Below, in pieces: positions 41,636 to 55,246 of a DNA stretch of 64,000 nucleotides. Under the pieces are notes generated by a model. The model did no database searches, had not been told where the DNA came from, and saw only the letters and a list, made by a program, of their open reading frames with translations. This DNA is from an uncultured Verrucomicrobiae bacterium (GTDB lineage Bacteria; Verrucomicrobiota; Verrucomicrobiia; Opitutales; JABDGR01). Position 1 is the stretch's first letter. Every line of letters starts with the position of its first letter. The position numbers and the translations under genes are program-made. The stretch lies in the NCBI GenBank assembly GCA_963765205.1, contig CAVXVB010000007.1, positions 320,001-384,000 of the forward strand. Reading direction: 5' to 3'.

Positions 41636-43702
41636 CTATATCAGGTCCATCAACTCGGCCAGATTCATCGTCGGCGGGGCGCATTGGGTGCCGACGCAGA
41701 GTTGCAGGCCTGCGGGTTGCGCGGGGTCGTGGGCGGCGACGAGGCAGAGCGGGCGGTATGGTTTTTGGGCCAGGGCGGCGCGGAGCGCGTCCCAGTCGCA
41801 GGGGCCTTTGATTTTTAAGACGGCCACGCCGACGGCGTCCCAGGTGAACGCGGCGAGGGCGTGCGGGACGCCCATGGGGGCGCGCTGGACGAGGCCGGTG
41901 TAGCATTTTTTCAAGTCCGCGAGTTCCGCGGCGTAGGCGGCCTCGCCGGTGAGCGCGTGCAGGCCGGCCAGCGCGTGCGCCAGCGCGGCGTGGCCGCTGG
42001 GCTGCGCGTTGTCCCACCATGCCTTTTTGCGCACGGCGAGTTTTTCCTGGTCGTCGGCGGTGAAGAAATAGCCGGGCTGCGTGGCATCGCGAAAATGCGC
42101 GCGGATGGTTTCGACGAGCGCACGGGCGCGGGCGGTATTTTGTTCGAGTAACGCGGAACCCGGCTGCGCCCAGTCCGCATAGGCCGCGAGCGTCAGCAGG
42201 GCCTCGGCGAAGAAGGCGTAATCGTCGAGAAAGGCGGGTGTTAGTTTCGAGTTTCGAGTTTTGAGTTTCGAGTTGTCGGCGGCGGCGACAGTTCCATCGG
42301 TCTCGTAAAAAATGGCGCGGAGCCGGCGGGTGCCGTCGCTGCCCTCGAAACTCAGATTTTTCCACAACCAGTCGGCGCATTGTTGCGCGGCGGCGAACCA
42401 ATCTTTTCGTCCGAATGTAAACGCTGCCTCCGCCAGGCTGCGCACGAGGAGCGCGTTCCAAGCGAGCAGAATTTTCGAGTCGCGCGCCGGTTGCGGGCGG
42501 GTTTGCCGCGCGGCCAGCAATTTTTCGCGCAGGGGTGCGAGTTTCGCACGGATGGAAAAATCCTCCTCGACGAGCGCGGGGTTCGAGGTGCCGTGCTCGA
42601 AATTGCCTTGCTCGGTAATGTTATAGGCCGCGCAGATGGCGCGCGCGCCCCCGTCGCCGAGCACCTCGCGCACCTGCGCGGGTGTCCAGACATAGGTTGC
42701 GCCCTCGTGACCGGCGCTGTCGGCGTCGAGCGCGGAATAAAACGCGCCGCCGGGATGGCGCATTTCGCGGCACAGCCAAGCGACCGTCTCCTCGCAGACA
42801 GCGGCGTAAAGTTCCTTGGGCTGCCGGCGGTGCGCCTTGGCGTAAAGATCGAGCAACAGCGCGTTGTCGTAGAGCATTTTCTCGAAATGCGGGATGAGCC
42901 ACTGCGCGTCCACGCTGTAGCGGCAAAAGCCGCCGCCGAACTGGTCAAACATCCCGCCGTGGGCCATCGCGCGCGCGGTGGTGTGGACGACGGCGTCAAG
43001 CCGCGCGGCCAAACCGGGGGTATGCTCGGCGGCGGCGGTCGCGCGCACAGCAAGGAGAAAATCCAGCGTCATCGCGGGCGGGAATTTCGGCGCGCCGCCA
43101 AAGCCGCCCCAGGTGTCGTCGTGCAGGGTGCAGATGGATTGCGCGGCGGCGACGAGCGCGCGGTTGTCCCATACGGCAGTGGCGGACGCGCCCGGCGGTT
43201 CGTTCGCGTGGGTGAGGTTTTTAACGATGTTGTCCGCGTTTTCGACAAGGGCGGCGCGGTTTTTCGCCAAATAATCCGCGACGCGCATGAGCAGTTGCGG
43301 CCAGGGAATGGTGCCGCGATTAGTGTCCGTGGGCGGAAAGTAGGTGCCGCCGAAAAACGGCCGCCCGTCGGGGAAGCAAAACACGTTGAGCGGCCAGCCG
43401 CCATGCTGGGTGAGCATTTGCACAGCCTCCATGTAGATTTGGTCCACGTCGGGCCGCTCCTCGCGGTCCACCTTGATGCAGACGAAATGGCGGTTCATCA
43501 AATCGGCGATGTAGTCGTCCTCGAAACATTCGTGGGCCATGACGTGGCACCAATGGCAGGCGGAGTAGCCGATGGAGACGAGGACGGGCTTGTCCTCCGC
43601 CCGCGCGCGCGCCCAGGCCTCGTCGCCCCAGGGAAACCAGTCCACGGGGTTGGCGGCGTGCTGGCGGAGGTAGAGGGAAGGCTCGTGGGCGAGGCGATTC
43701 AT
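41636..43702 (-). CDS. Thioredoxin domain-containing protein (YyaL/SSP411, DUF255)
   Basis: [60 protein letters not shown]. Confidence 0.95.
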   Translation of the reverse strand: MNRLAHEPSLYLRQHAANPVDWFPWGDEAWARARAEDKPVLVSIGYSACHWCHVMAHECFEDDYIADLMNRHFVCIKVDREERPDVDQIYMEAVQMLTQHGGWPLNVFCFPDGRPFFGGTYFPPTDTNRGTIPWPQLLMRVADYLAKNRAALVENADNIVKNLTHANEPPGASATAVWDNRALVAAAQSICTLHDDTWGGFGGAPKFPPAMTLDFLLAVRATAAAEHTPGLAARLDAVVHTTARAMAHGGMFDQFGGGFCRYSVDAQWLIPHFEKMLYDNALLLDLYAKAHRRQPKELYAAVCEETVAWLCREMRHPGGAFYSALDADSAGHEGATYVWTPAQVREVLGDGGARAICAAYNITEQGNFEHGTSNPALVEEDFSIRAKLAPLREKLLAARQTRPQPARDSKILLAWNALLVRSLAEAAFTFGRKDWFAAAQQCADWLWKNLSFEGSDGTRRLRAIFYETDGTVAAADNSKLKTRNSKLTPAFLDDYAFFAEALLTLAAYADWAQPGSALLEQNTARARALVETIRAHFRDATQPGYFFTADDQEKLAVRKKAWWDNAQPSGHAALAHALAGLHALTGEAAYAAELADLKKCYTGLVQRAPMGVPHALAAFTWDAVGVAVLKIKGPCDWDALRAALAQKPYRPLCLVAAHDPAQPAGLQLCVGTQCAPPTMNLAELMDLI

Positions 43703-43908
43703 GAAGGAATGAAGGATGAGGGATGAGGGATGAAAAAGGAAGGATGAAGGATGAGGGATGAAAATTTTGATTACTGATTTCTAATTGCTGAATGCTGCGG
43801 CACCAAGCACCAGTCGCCCACCTTGGGGACTTTTGATTGGTTCAGGAACCAGCGTTCAGAAATCAGCATTTCGTGCTTCATCCTTCATCCCTCATCCCTC
43901 ATCCTTCC
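43703..43908. repeat. Nested inverted 7-nt-period arms filling the divergent yyaL-mutL intergenic region
   Basis: Outer GATGAGG/CCTCATC arrays, inner CTGAWTK/MATTCAG arrays, about 50-nt unique core. Confidence 0.9.
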
Positions 43909-43911
43909 CTT

Positions 43912-45769
43912 GTGTCCCGCATTCGCATCCTGCCTGATCGCGTTGCCAACCAGATCGCCGCCGGCGAAGTGGTCGAGCGGCCCGCGGCCGTGGTCAAGGA
44001 GCTGGTCGAAAACTCCCTCGACGCCGGGGCGACGCGCCTTGAGGTCGAGTTCCGCCACGGCGGCAAAAGTTATATCCGCGTCGAGGACAACGGCGCGGGC
44101 CTGGCGCCGGACGAGGCGCTGCTCGCGCTCGATGCGCCATGCAACCTCGAAAATCCGCGAGGCCGCCGACCTGCAGGCCGTGCGCACGTTTGGGTTCCGG
44201 GGCGAGGCGCTGCCCAGCATCGCCAGCGTGTCGTGCTTCACGCTCAGTTCGCGTCCGGCGGACGCCGCGGCGGGCACGGAAATCCTGATCAACGGCGGCA
44301 AAATGGTGCACCAGCGCGCATGCGGCTGCCCGGCGGGGACGCGGATCGAGGTCACGCACTTGTTCAACGCCGTGCCTGCGCGTCGGAAATTTATGAAGAC
44401 GGACGACACCGAGGCGGCACACATCACGCGGCTCGTGCGGTTGTATGCCATCGCGCACCCTGGCGTTGCGTTCAGCCTGTTGGAAGACGGCCGCCTCATC
44501 TTCCGCTCGCCCGCTTGCCCGGACTTGCGCGAACGCGTCGCGGAAATCTGGGGCCGCCGGTTGGCCGAGGAATTGGTTGATCTGCCCGAAGCCGCCGATG
44601 CGAGCGAGGGCCTGCGCCTGAGCGGCTTGATTGGGCGGCCCGGCCTCGGCCGGCCCACGCGCGACGGGCTGATCACGCTCGTCAACCGCCGACCCGTGGA
44701 CAGCCGCACGCTCTCCTACGCGGTGCTCGAAGCCTACCACACCCACGTCCCCAAAGGCCGCTACCCGCCCGCGATTTTGTTTCTGGAAATTGACCCGGTG
44801 GCGGTGGACGTGAACGTCCACCCGGCCAAGCGCGAAGTGCGCTTCCGCGACGAAGGGCGCGTGCGGCAGTTTGTGCTGGGAGCGGTGCTCGCGCGCCTGG
44901 GCGCGCTTTCGGGTAGTAGTGCACAAAGTCCAAATGTTAAGCTTGAGACCCCAACGTTTAACGCTCAACGCTTAACGCTTAACGCTCAAGTAAAGACACC
45001 CGCTAGTAAAACCACCGAAGCAAACGCACCTGTTGTCAGCCACACCTCAACTGCGATAACCTCCGAAAAGCCCTCTTCCTTAAACGTTGAGCGTTCAGTG
45101 TTAAGCGTTGAACGTTCTCCGCTTCATTCGCCCCAACCTGAGACCCAAAAACTCGAAACCCGAAACTCGAAACTCGAAACTCCCCTGCGTTTCACCTGGC
45201 GGCTGCTGGGCCGCTGGCGCGGGCAGGTATATCTCTTCGAGACGCCCGGCGGGCTGGTGTTGTTCAACGCGCGGGCGGCGCATGAGCGCGTGTGGTTCGA
45301 GGAATTGCAGGCGCGCTTCGCCAGCGCGCGCCCGCCCAGCCAGCGCCTGCTCTTTCCGCTCCCACTGGAATTCGACCCGCCCGCTGCCGCCGCGCTCGAG
45401 ACGCACCGCGCGTGGCTCAACCAGCAGGGTTTTGCCCTCGAAGAATTCGGCCGCAATTTTTATCGCCTGGAAGCCGTGCCGGACTGGCTCGACCCCGCCC
45501 GCGCGGAACATTTTCTGCGTGACCTCGCCGAGCTGGCCCGCGAGCGCGGCGGCTCGCCACTGCGCCACGACGACATTGCGCGCCTGGCCGCCACCCGCGC
45601 GTTGCGCTTGGGCGACCAGCCCGCTGAACAGGAAATCCGCGCTCTGGCACAGCGCCTGCTCGCTACCAAGCAACCGCTCACCTGTCCGCGCGGTCGTCCG
45701 ACGTTCCTTGAACTGTCCGCTGGCGACCTTTATCGGCGCCTCGGAGGGGATCCGGATGCGCTCGAGTAA
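43912..45769 (+). CDS. mutL: DNA mismatch repair protein MutL (frameshift near 44130)
   Basis: [66 protein letters not shown]. Confidence 0.95.
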
Positions 45770-45908
45770 CATCCAACATCGAACATTCAACTTCCAACAT
45801 CGAATGAAAATGCGGACGCGAATTTCATCAATGACTCGTGCTTCATTACCGATGCTAATTTCATTTCTACATTCGATGTTGAATGTTGGATGTTGAGCGT
45901 TCGATGTT
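45768..45908. repeat. Inverted pair of 7-nt-period arms (AACATYS family)
   Basis: AACATCC AACATCG AACATTC AACTTCC AACATCG AATG ... CATTCGATGTTGAATGTTGGATGTTGAGCGTTCGATGTT. Confidence 0.9.
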
Positions 45909-45978
45909 GCAGTGTTGCGGAATCGTCACTCATTTCGCGCTTCTCCCGGCGGCCCAAAACACTAATAATCTCAGGCCC

Positions 45979-48843
45979 ATGCCCAAAATTGCCACGGCCT
46001 CCCGCAAACCAGCCACCCGTGCGCCCGCGAAAACCGCGCGCGTCAAGCCCGTCGTGGACGGGGTGGCTCCGGCGCGCCATGTCGGCAATAATACCCGGCC
46101 GATGCCACTGACGCGCGCGCCGATGAAGCTTTTCTCTGGTGCGGCCAGCCCGCATCCGGCCCCGGCCGCTCACAAACCCACCCCAGTGATGCCGCTGACC
46201 CGACCGCCAATGAAAATGCGCCCGGGGGTGGCCACTCTGCGGCCCCATTCTCCCAAGCAAATGCCCCTGACGCGCCCGCCGATGAAAAGAGATCCCGGCA
46301 CGGCCCCGCACCCGGCCACCGCGGTGCCGACCGACGCAGGTCCCGCATTCAGCGTGGAAGGCAGCACCCACGGCTTAAAAATCTCGATCCTTAACCACCT
46401 CAAATTCTCCCTCGCGCGCGACATTCGCACCGCCCGCCCGCGCGATTGGTGGCTCTGCCTGTGCCTGTCCGTGCGCGACCGCATCCTCGAACGCTTCATC
46501 ACGACCCAGGGCGCGCACAACCGCCATAACGTCCGCCGCGTCTATTATTTGTCCCTCGAGTATCTGATGGGCCGCCTGCTGCGCGACGCGCTGCACAACA
46601 CCGGCCTTTACGAACACGCGCGCGAAGCCATCGAGGAACTCGGCCTCAACTTCGAGCGCGTGGTGGACGAGGAAGTGGACATGGGCCTGGGCAATGGCGG
46701 CCTCGGGCGGCTCGCGGCGTGCTTCCTCGACTCGCTGGCAACGCTGGATTACCCGGCCGTCGGCTACGGCATCCACTACGAATACGGCCTCTTCAAGCAA
46801 ACCTTCGTCAACGGCCGGCAATTTGAACTGCCCGACAACTGGCTGCGCTTCGGCAACCCGTGGCAAATCGTCCGCCCCGAATACCGGGTCGAGGTGCCGC
46901 TCTACGGCAAGGTCGAATCGCACTTCGACTCGAAGGGCGACTGGAAGCCCGTCTGGGTGCCCGGCAGCAAGCTCCTCGGCATTCCGTGGGACATCCCCAT
47001 CCCCGGCTACGGCGCCGGCACGGTCAATTTCCTGCGCCTATGGGAGTCCCGCGCGCAACACGAATTCGATTTCCAGACGTTCAACCAGGGCGGCTACGTC
47101 GAGAGCGTGCATGAAAAGGCGATGGGTGAGACCGTCTCGAAGGTGCTCTACCCGAATGACAAGACCATGTCGGGCAAGGAACTGCGTCTGTTGCAGCAAT
47201 TCTTCTTTGTCTCCTGCTCGATGCAGGACATCATCCGCCGCTTTCACAAACAAAATGAAACCTGGGACGCCTTTCCCGACAAAGTCGCCATCCAGCTCAA
47301 CGACACGCACCCCGCCATCGGCGTCGCGGAATTGATGCGCATTCTCGTGGACGACAACGACCTGCCTTGGGACGACGCCTGGGCCATTTGTAAAAAGGTC
47401 TTCGGCTACACTAACCACACACTGCTGCCCGAAGCCCTGGAAAAATGGCCGGTGCCGCTGTTCGAGCGCGTGCTGCCGCGCCACCTCCAAATCATCTACG
47501 AAATCAACCGCCGCCACCTCGAGGAAGTCGAACGCAAGTGGCCCGGCGACGGCGGTAAAAAAATGGCGCTTTCCATCATCGAGGAAGGCGACCCGAAGAT
47601 GGTGCGCATGGCCTACCTCGCGGTGGCCGGCTCGCACTCCGTCAACGGCGTCGCGGAGTTGCACACCCGCCTGCTCAAGGAATCGCTCCTGCACGATTTC
47701 TTCGAGCTGTATCCCGAACGCTTCAACAACAAAACCAACGGCATCACGCCGCGCCGCTGGCTGCGCACCTGCAACCCCGAATTGGCCGCCCTCCTCGACG
47801 AAACCCTCGGCGGCGACCACTGGACGACGAAACTCGAACTCCTCCGCGGCCTCGAAAAACACGCCGGCGACCCGGCCTTCCAGGAGAAATTCATGGCCGT
47901 CAAGCGCCACAACAAGGAACACCTCGCCAAACTCATCAAGGTCGAATGCGGCGTGTCGGTGGACCCCACCGCGCTCTTCGATGTCCAGGTCAAACGCCTG
48001 CACGAATACAAGCGCCAGCACCTCAACCTCCTGCACATCCTCACGCTCTACCGGCGCCTCCTCCACAATCCGAATCTGGACATCGTGCCGCGCGTCTTCA
48101 TCTTCGGCGCCAAGGCCGCGCCGGGCTACGACCTGGCCAAGGACATCATCCACGCGATCAACGCCGTCGGCGCTGCCATCAACCGCGACCCCCGCCTCAA
48201 CGGCAAGCTCAAGGTGGCCTTCCTGCCCAACTACTGCGTCACGCTCGCCGAGCAAATCATCCCCGCCGCCGACCTTTCCGAGCAAATCTCCACTGCGGGC
48301 AAGGAGGCGTCGGGCACGGGCAACATGAAGTTTGCCCTCAATGGCGCACTGACCATCGGCACGCTTGACGGCGCCAACATCGAAATGTATGAGGAATTCG
48401 GGGAAGACAATATCTTCATCTTCGGCCTCACGGTCGAGCAGGTGAAGGAACTCTGGAAAAACGGCTACAATCCGTGGGACTATTACAACTCGAACGACGA
48501 ATTGCGCGGCGTGCTCGACTGGCTCGGCTCGGACTATTTCACGCCCGACGAACCCACGGCCCTCCTCCCCGTGCGCCAGTCCATCCTCGAGCACGGCGAC
48601 CCCTACCTCCTCTGCGCCGACTACGCGGCCTACATTGCCCGGCAAGCCGACGTGGACTGCGCCTTCCGCGACCGCCAAAAATGGGCGCACATGGCCATCC
48701 TCAACACCGCCCGCTCCGGCAAATTCTCCTCCGACCGCACCATCCACGAATACGCGCGTGAGATTTGGCACGCCCGCCCCTGCCCGGTCGGCCCCGACTC
48801 AACCCAAACCCGGATGCCCTTCAGCACGCAGGAAGGGCACTGA
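45979..48843 (+). CDS. glgP: Glycogen/starch phosphorylase with N-terminal extension
   Basis: [55 protein letters not shown]. Confidence 0.97.
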   Translation: MPKIATASRKPATRAPAKTARVKPVVDGVAPARHVGNNTRPMPLTRAPMKLFSGAASPHPAPAAHKPTPVMPLTRPPMKMRPGVATLRPHSPKQMPLTRPPMKRDPGTAPHPATAVPTDAGPAFSVEGSTHGLKISILNHLKFSLARDIRTARPRDWWLCLCLSVRDRILERFITTQGAHNRHNVRRVYYLSLEYLMGRLLRDALHNTGLYEHAREAIEELGLNFERVVDEEVDMGLGNGGLGRLAACFLDSLATLDYPAVGYGIHYEYGLFKQTFVNGRQFELPDNWLRFGNPWQIVRPEYRVEVPLYGKVESHFDSKGDWKPVWVPGSKLLGIPWDIPIPGYGAGTVNFLRLWESRAQHEFDFQTFNQGGYVESVHEKAMGETVSKVLYPNDKTMSGKELRLLQQFFFVSCSMQDIIRRFHKQNETWDAFPDKVAIQLNDTHPAIGVAELMRILVDDNDLPWDDAWAICKKVFGYTNHTLLPEALEKWPVPLFERVLPRHLQIIYEINRRHLEEVERKWPGDGGKKMALSIIEEGDPKMVRMAYLAVAGSHSVNGVAELHTRLLKESLLHDFFELYPERFNNKTNGITPRRWLRTCNPELAALLDETLGGDHWTTKLELLRGLEKHAGDPAFQEKFMAVKRHNKEHLAKLIKVECGVSVDPTALFDVQVKRLHEYKRQHLNLLHILTLYRRLLHNPNLDIVPRVFIFGAKAAPGYDLAKDIIHAINAVGAAINRDPRLNGKLKVAFLPNYCVTLAEQIIPAADLSEQISTAGKEASGTGNMKFALNGALTIGTLDGANIEMYEEFGEDNIFIFGLTVEQVKELWKNGYNPWDYYNSNDELRGVLDWLGSDYFTPDEPTALLPVRQSILEHGDPYLLCADYAAYIARQADVDCAFRDRQKWAHMAILNTARSGKFSSDRTIHEYAREIWHARPCPVGPDSTQTRMPFSTQEGH

Positions 48844-48941
48844 GGCGACGAAGGGGTGGAAGCAAATGGCTGATTACTAAATGCTGATAGCTGAACATTC
48901 AAAAACCCGATTACCATCGGGTGCAATTCAGACTGGGCAAT

Positions 48942-49729
48942 GGTAGTGCAACAATTTTAATCCTAAAATTTTACTTTGGGATGGGGTCCTTCTGGCTTGT
49001 GGTTAAAGTTGCTTTATGCCTATTCGAAAGATAAATGACAAATACAAACCCATTAAACACACCGCGAACCTTGGATGAGCAACGCCGCGAGTTTGCGCAG
49101 CGTCGTGGTTTGGCGATGCCTCTGGCTGGAGCGGTGGCTTGGACGATCGTCGGCGTGGCGGGCGTTTTTGTACCGCCTGGCTTGGAGGTCTGGGTGCTCT
49201 TTGGAGCCATCGGTTCCATCCTCTATCTAGGCATGTTCTTCTCCCGCTTTACGGGGGAGAATTTCTTGGACAAAGAGCGGCCCAAAAACGTGTTTGATGG
49301 GCTGTTTCTGCGCACCGTCGGCGCGGCGGTGCTGGTTTACGCCATCGCGATTCCCTTCTTTCTGGCAGACTACACCTCGTTGCCTTTGTCGGTTGGCATC
49401 CTCAGTGGTTTGATGTGGCTGCCGTTCTCTTGGATGATCGAACATTGGATCGGCACTTTCCACGCCTTGGCGCGCACCGCCCTCGTGACCGCAAGCTGGT
49501 ATTTGTTCCCAAGTTTCCGCTTCATCGCCGTGCCGGCAGTGATCGTGGCCGTTTATGCAGTGACGATCGTTGTCCTTGAAGCCCGCTGGCGGCGCATCCA
49601 CCGCGCCTAACCGGGCGATGCAGCGAACCGCTGCCGCTCCGCATTATAGCTTTCGAAGGCTTCGCCGTTCAACCATGAGCGGCGCGCACCCTCCCCTCAC
49701 CAACGCTCGCTTCAAATTGTATCACTACC
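48942..49729. mobile_element. Non-autonomous IS1-like element (no transposase) carrying a passenger gene
   Basis: TIRs GGTAGTGCAACAATTTTA and (reverse complement) GGTAGTGATACAATTTGA, 15 of 18 identical; perfect 8-bp TSD TGGGCAAT at 48934-48941 and 49730-49737. Confidence 0.85.
49035..49610 (+). CDS. Hypothetical multi-pass membrane protein (passenger gene)
   Basis: About 6 TM segments, AMPLAG..W and GLMW.PFSW; stop codon lies in GCCTAAC. Confidence 0.85.
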   Translation: MTNTNPLNTPRTLDEQRREFAQRRGLAMPLAGAVAWTIVGVAGVFVPPGLEVWVLFGAIGSILYLGMFFSRFTGENFLDKERPKNVFDGLFLRTVGAAVLVYAIAIPFFLADYTSLPLSVGILSGLMWLPFSWMIEHWIGTFHALARTALVTASWYLFPSFRFIAVPAVIVAVYAVTIVVLEARWRRIHRA

Positions 49730-49850
49730 TGGGCAATAATCAACTTCACCCCGCTCTGCATCCTCAGTCGCTCCGCCTTTTCCAGCTTTTTCCTGATTTC
49801 GCTTGCACCGGCACACCGCGCGGCTAAATCCTGTCGAGGTTTTCGCTGCC

Positions 49851-50276
49851 ATGCTCATTCACCGCCCTGCCGACGAGGCGGACTTGGATCTCCTCGCCGA
49901 GTGGAACCACCAGCTCATCCGCGATGAAGGGCATCGCAACCCGATGACCGTGCTCCAATTACGCGAGCGGATGAAAGGCTGGCTGGCCGGCGAATATCAA
50001 GCCGTCATCTTCCTCGCTGGCGCCGAAGCCGTGGCGTATGCCTTGTATAGAGAGGACGAAACAGAAATTTACCTGCGGCAACTGTTTGTGCGGCGCGACC
50101 AGCGCCGCCAGGGCTTCGGCCAAGCCGCCCTGCGCATCCTGCGGACGCAAATCTGGCCCCGCAAGCGGCTGACCGTCGAAGTGCTCTGCGCCAACACCCA
50201 AGCAATCCAATTCTATCGCCGCCTCGGCTACCAGGACTATTGCCTCCGCCTGGAAATCGTGCCGGATTCTCAATGA
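49851..50276 (+). CDS. GNAT family N-acetyltransferase
   Basis: LRQLFV...RRQG.G, N..A..FYRRLGY. Confidence 0.9.
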   Translation: MLIHRPADEADLDLLAEWNHQLIRDEGHRNPMTVLQLRERMKGWLAGEYQAVIFLAGAEAVAYALYREDETEIYLRQLFVRRDQRRQGFGQAALRILRTQIWPRKRLTVEVLCANTQAIQFYRRLGYQDYCLRLEIVPDSQ

Positions 50277-50405
50277 AAGCGCGTCCCGTTATCCTTAGTG
50301 GCCTCAGTCGCTTCCGTCGCCTCCGCTTTTCCTGATTTCGCTTGCCCCGGCGCGCCGCGTCGCCAAAACTTGCCGGAATTTTTCGCCGCTGTTGCCCGCT
50401 CCGCC

Positions 50406-53636
<3,231 letters not shown>

Positions 53637-53692
53637 GGATGGAAAGGGGTTTTGCCTTGAAAAAATTCGGCATACACGTATCATGCACGCAT

Positions 53693-53923
53693 ATGGTCAG
53701 GAAATTAACAATTACTGTCGAAGAGGATGTTTACCAAGGACTTCATGAAGTCATGGGGCGGGGGCATATTAGTAGTTTTATCGAAAAGCTCGTCCGGCCG
53801 CACGTCCTTAAGCGCGATTTGACCGCAGCCTATCAGGCGATGGCCCAAGATGAAGCCCGTGAGCGCGAAGCTTTGGAATGGGGCGAGAACCTCATCGGAG
53901 ATGCCTTTCATGAAGCGCGGTGA
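53693..53923 (+). CDS. Putative ribbon-helix-helix antitoxin
   Basis: KLTITV.E.VY.GL..ISSFIE.L, AY.AMA.D.ARE.EALEW; overlaps the toxin start. Confidence 0.8.
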   Translation: MVRKLTITVEEDVYQGLHEVMGRGHISSFIEKLVRPHVLKRDLTAAYQAMAQDEAREREALEWGENLIGDAFHEAR

Positions 53924-54053
53924 AGTCTGGTGGGTGAATTTCGATCCCTCGGTGGGTGGCGAGATTCGCAAGCAGCGCCCCGCCGTGATCATCAGCAATT
54001 ATTCGGCCAATCGCTTTTTAAACCGCGTGCAGGTTGTGCCGATGAGCAGTCAG
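53910..54053 (+). pseudogene. Truncated PemK/MazF toxin
   Basis: MKRGEVWWVNFDPS.G.EI.K.RPAVIISN...N....VQVVP.SS; similarity is then lost and the frame runs antisense into birA. Confidence 0.75.
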
Positions 54054-54099
54054 ATGGGCGTTCGGGCATCTTCCGGTTGGGTGAATCCGAAAAATTCGA

Positions 54100-55164
54100 T
54101 CATGCGTGAGACGATGCAGCCCCAAATGGCTTGCCCGCATTCAGCAAATAACCGCCCACGGTCACGTCGCCGGATTGGATGAGGCGGGTCGCGCCATCGG
54201 GCAGCGCCAGACGCAGCGCGCCGCTCGGGTCGAGGCCCGCCGCGCGGCCTTTGATTTCCCCGGTTGGCAGCGTGACGGTGATTTCGCGCCCGCGCAACGT
54301 GTCGTAGCGACTCCACAGTTCATCGAATTCCGCCTCGCAGCGCCCCGCGATAAAATCCGCGTAAGCCCGCGCGCCGGTGAGGACGACGTCCGCCGCGACC
54401 GCATTGATCGGCAGCGGCTGCCCGTGGTTGAGTTGTTGGAGCGTCCCGGCCACCCGCGCCGCCGCCGCGCTCCGCGCCCCGCCGGCCCATTTCGCCGGGT
54501 CGCCGTTGACGTTGAGGCCGAGGCCGCAAATCAGCTCGCGCATCAAATCGGCGTCCATGCGCGCCTCCGTCAGCAGGCCGGCGAGCTTGCGGCCGTCATG
54601 GACCAAATCGTTCGGCCACTTTACGCCGACCGGCAGGCGGAAATTTTCGTTGAGCATCCGGCACAGGCGCAGCGCCATCCACAGCGTGAACTTCGGCATC
54701 CGCGCGGGCGGCAATTGCGGGCGGAAGGCGAAGCTTAAATACAAGCCGCCCGCCTCCGCGCTGTGCCACACGCGCCCCAACCGCCCGCGCCCCGCCGTCT
54801 GCCGCGCGGCAAAAACCACAAAAGGTGCGCGCGCTCCGGCGGCCAGGCGCCGCTCGGCCTCGAGGTTCGTGCTGTCAATCTCGGGCAGGAAAATCACGTC
54901 GAGGCCCGGCGGCGTTTTCGCGCGGTGGCGCAGCCGGATATACGCGGCGAGCACGGCAGGGTGCAGCGCCGCCGGCTCCGCGCGCAACCGGTAGCCGCGC
55001 CCGCGCACCGCCTCGCAGGCCAGCCCCTCGGCCCGCAATTTTTTCAACCGCGCCCACACGCTCACGCGCGACACGCCGAGCCGCCGCGCCAGCTCCTCGC
55101 CGGACACAAAGCCCCTCGGCCCGGCATCGAGCAAAGCAGTCAACAGCGTGGTCGGGTCGGGCAT
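54100..55164 (-). CDS. birA: Bifunctional biotin ligase/repressor
   Basis: N-terminal HTH SGEELA..LGVSR..VW, DSTN, QTAGRGR.GR.W, KWPND, KLAG.L. Confidence 0.95.
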   Translation of the reverse strand: MPDPTTLLTALLDAGPRGFVSGEELARRLGVSRVSVWARLKKLRAEGLACEAVRGRGYRLRAEPAALHPAVLAAYIRLRHRAKTPPGLDVIFLPEIDSTNLEAERRLAAGARAPFVVFAARQTAGRGRLGRVWHSAEAGGLYLSFAFRPQLPPARMPKFTLWMALRLCRMLNENFRLPVGVKWPNDLVHDGRKLAGLLTEARMDADLMRELICGLGLNVNGDPAKWAGGARSAAAARVAGTLQQLNHGQPLPINAVAADVVLTGARAYADFIAGRCEAEFDELWSRYDTLRGREITVTLPTGEIKGRAAGLDPSGALRLALPDGATRLIQSGDVTVGGYLLNAGKPFGAASSHA

Positions 55165-55205
55165 GGGCGAGGGGAATTAAGAATTAGGATTTAAGAATTA
55201 AGAAG
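55161..55205 (-). repeat. ATTAAGA-family arm plus leader shared with cls (inverted copy at 57831-57873)
   Basis: 41 of 45 identical, including the ATGC. Confidence 0.88.
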
Positions 55206-55246
55206 TGGAACGCAAGAAACGTACGCTGTAAAGCTCGGTTGTTCGA

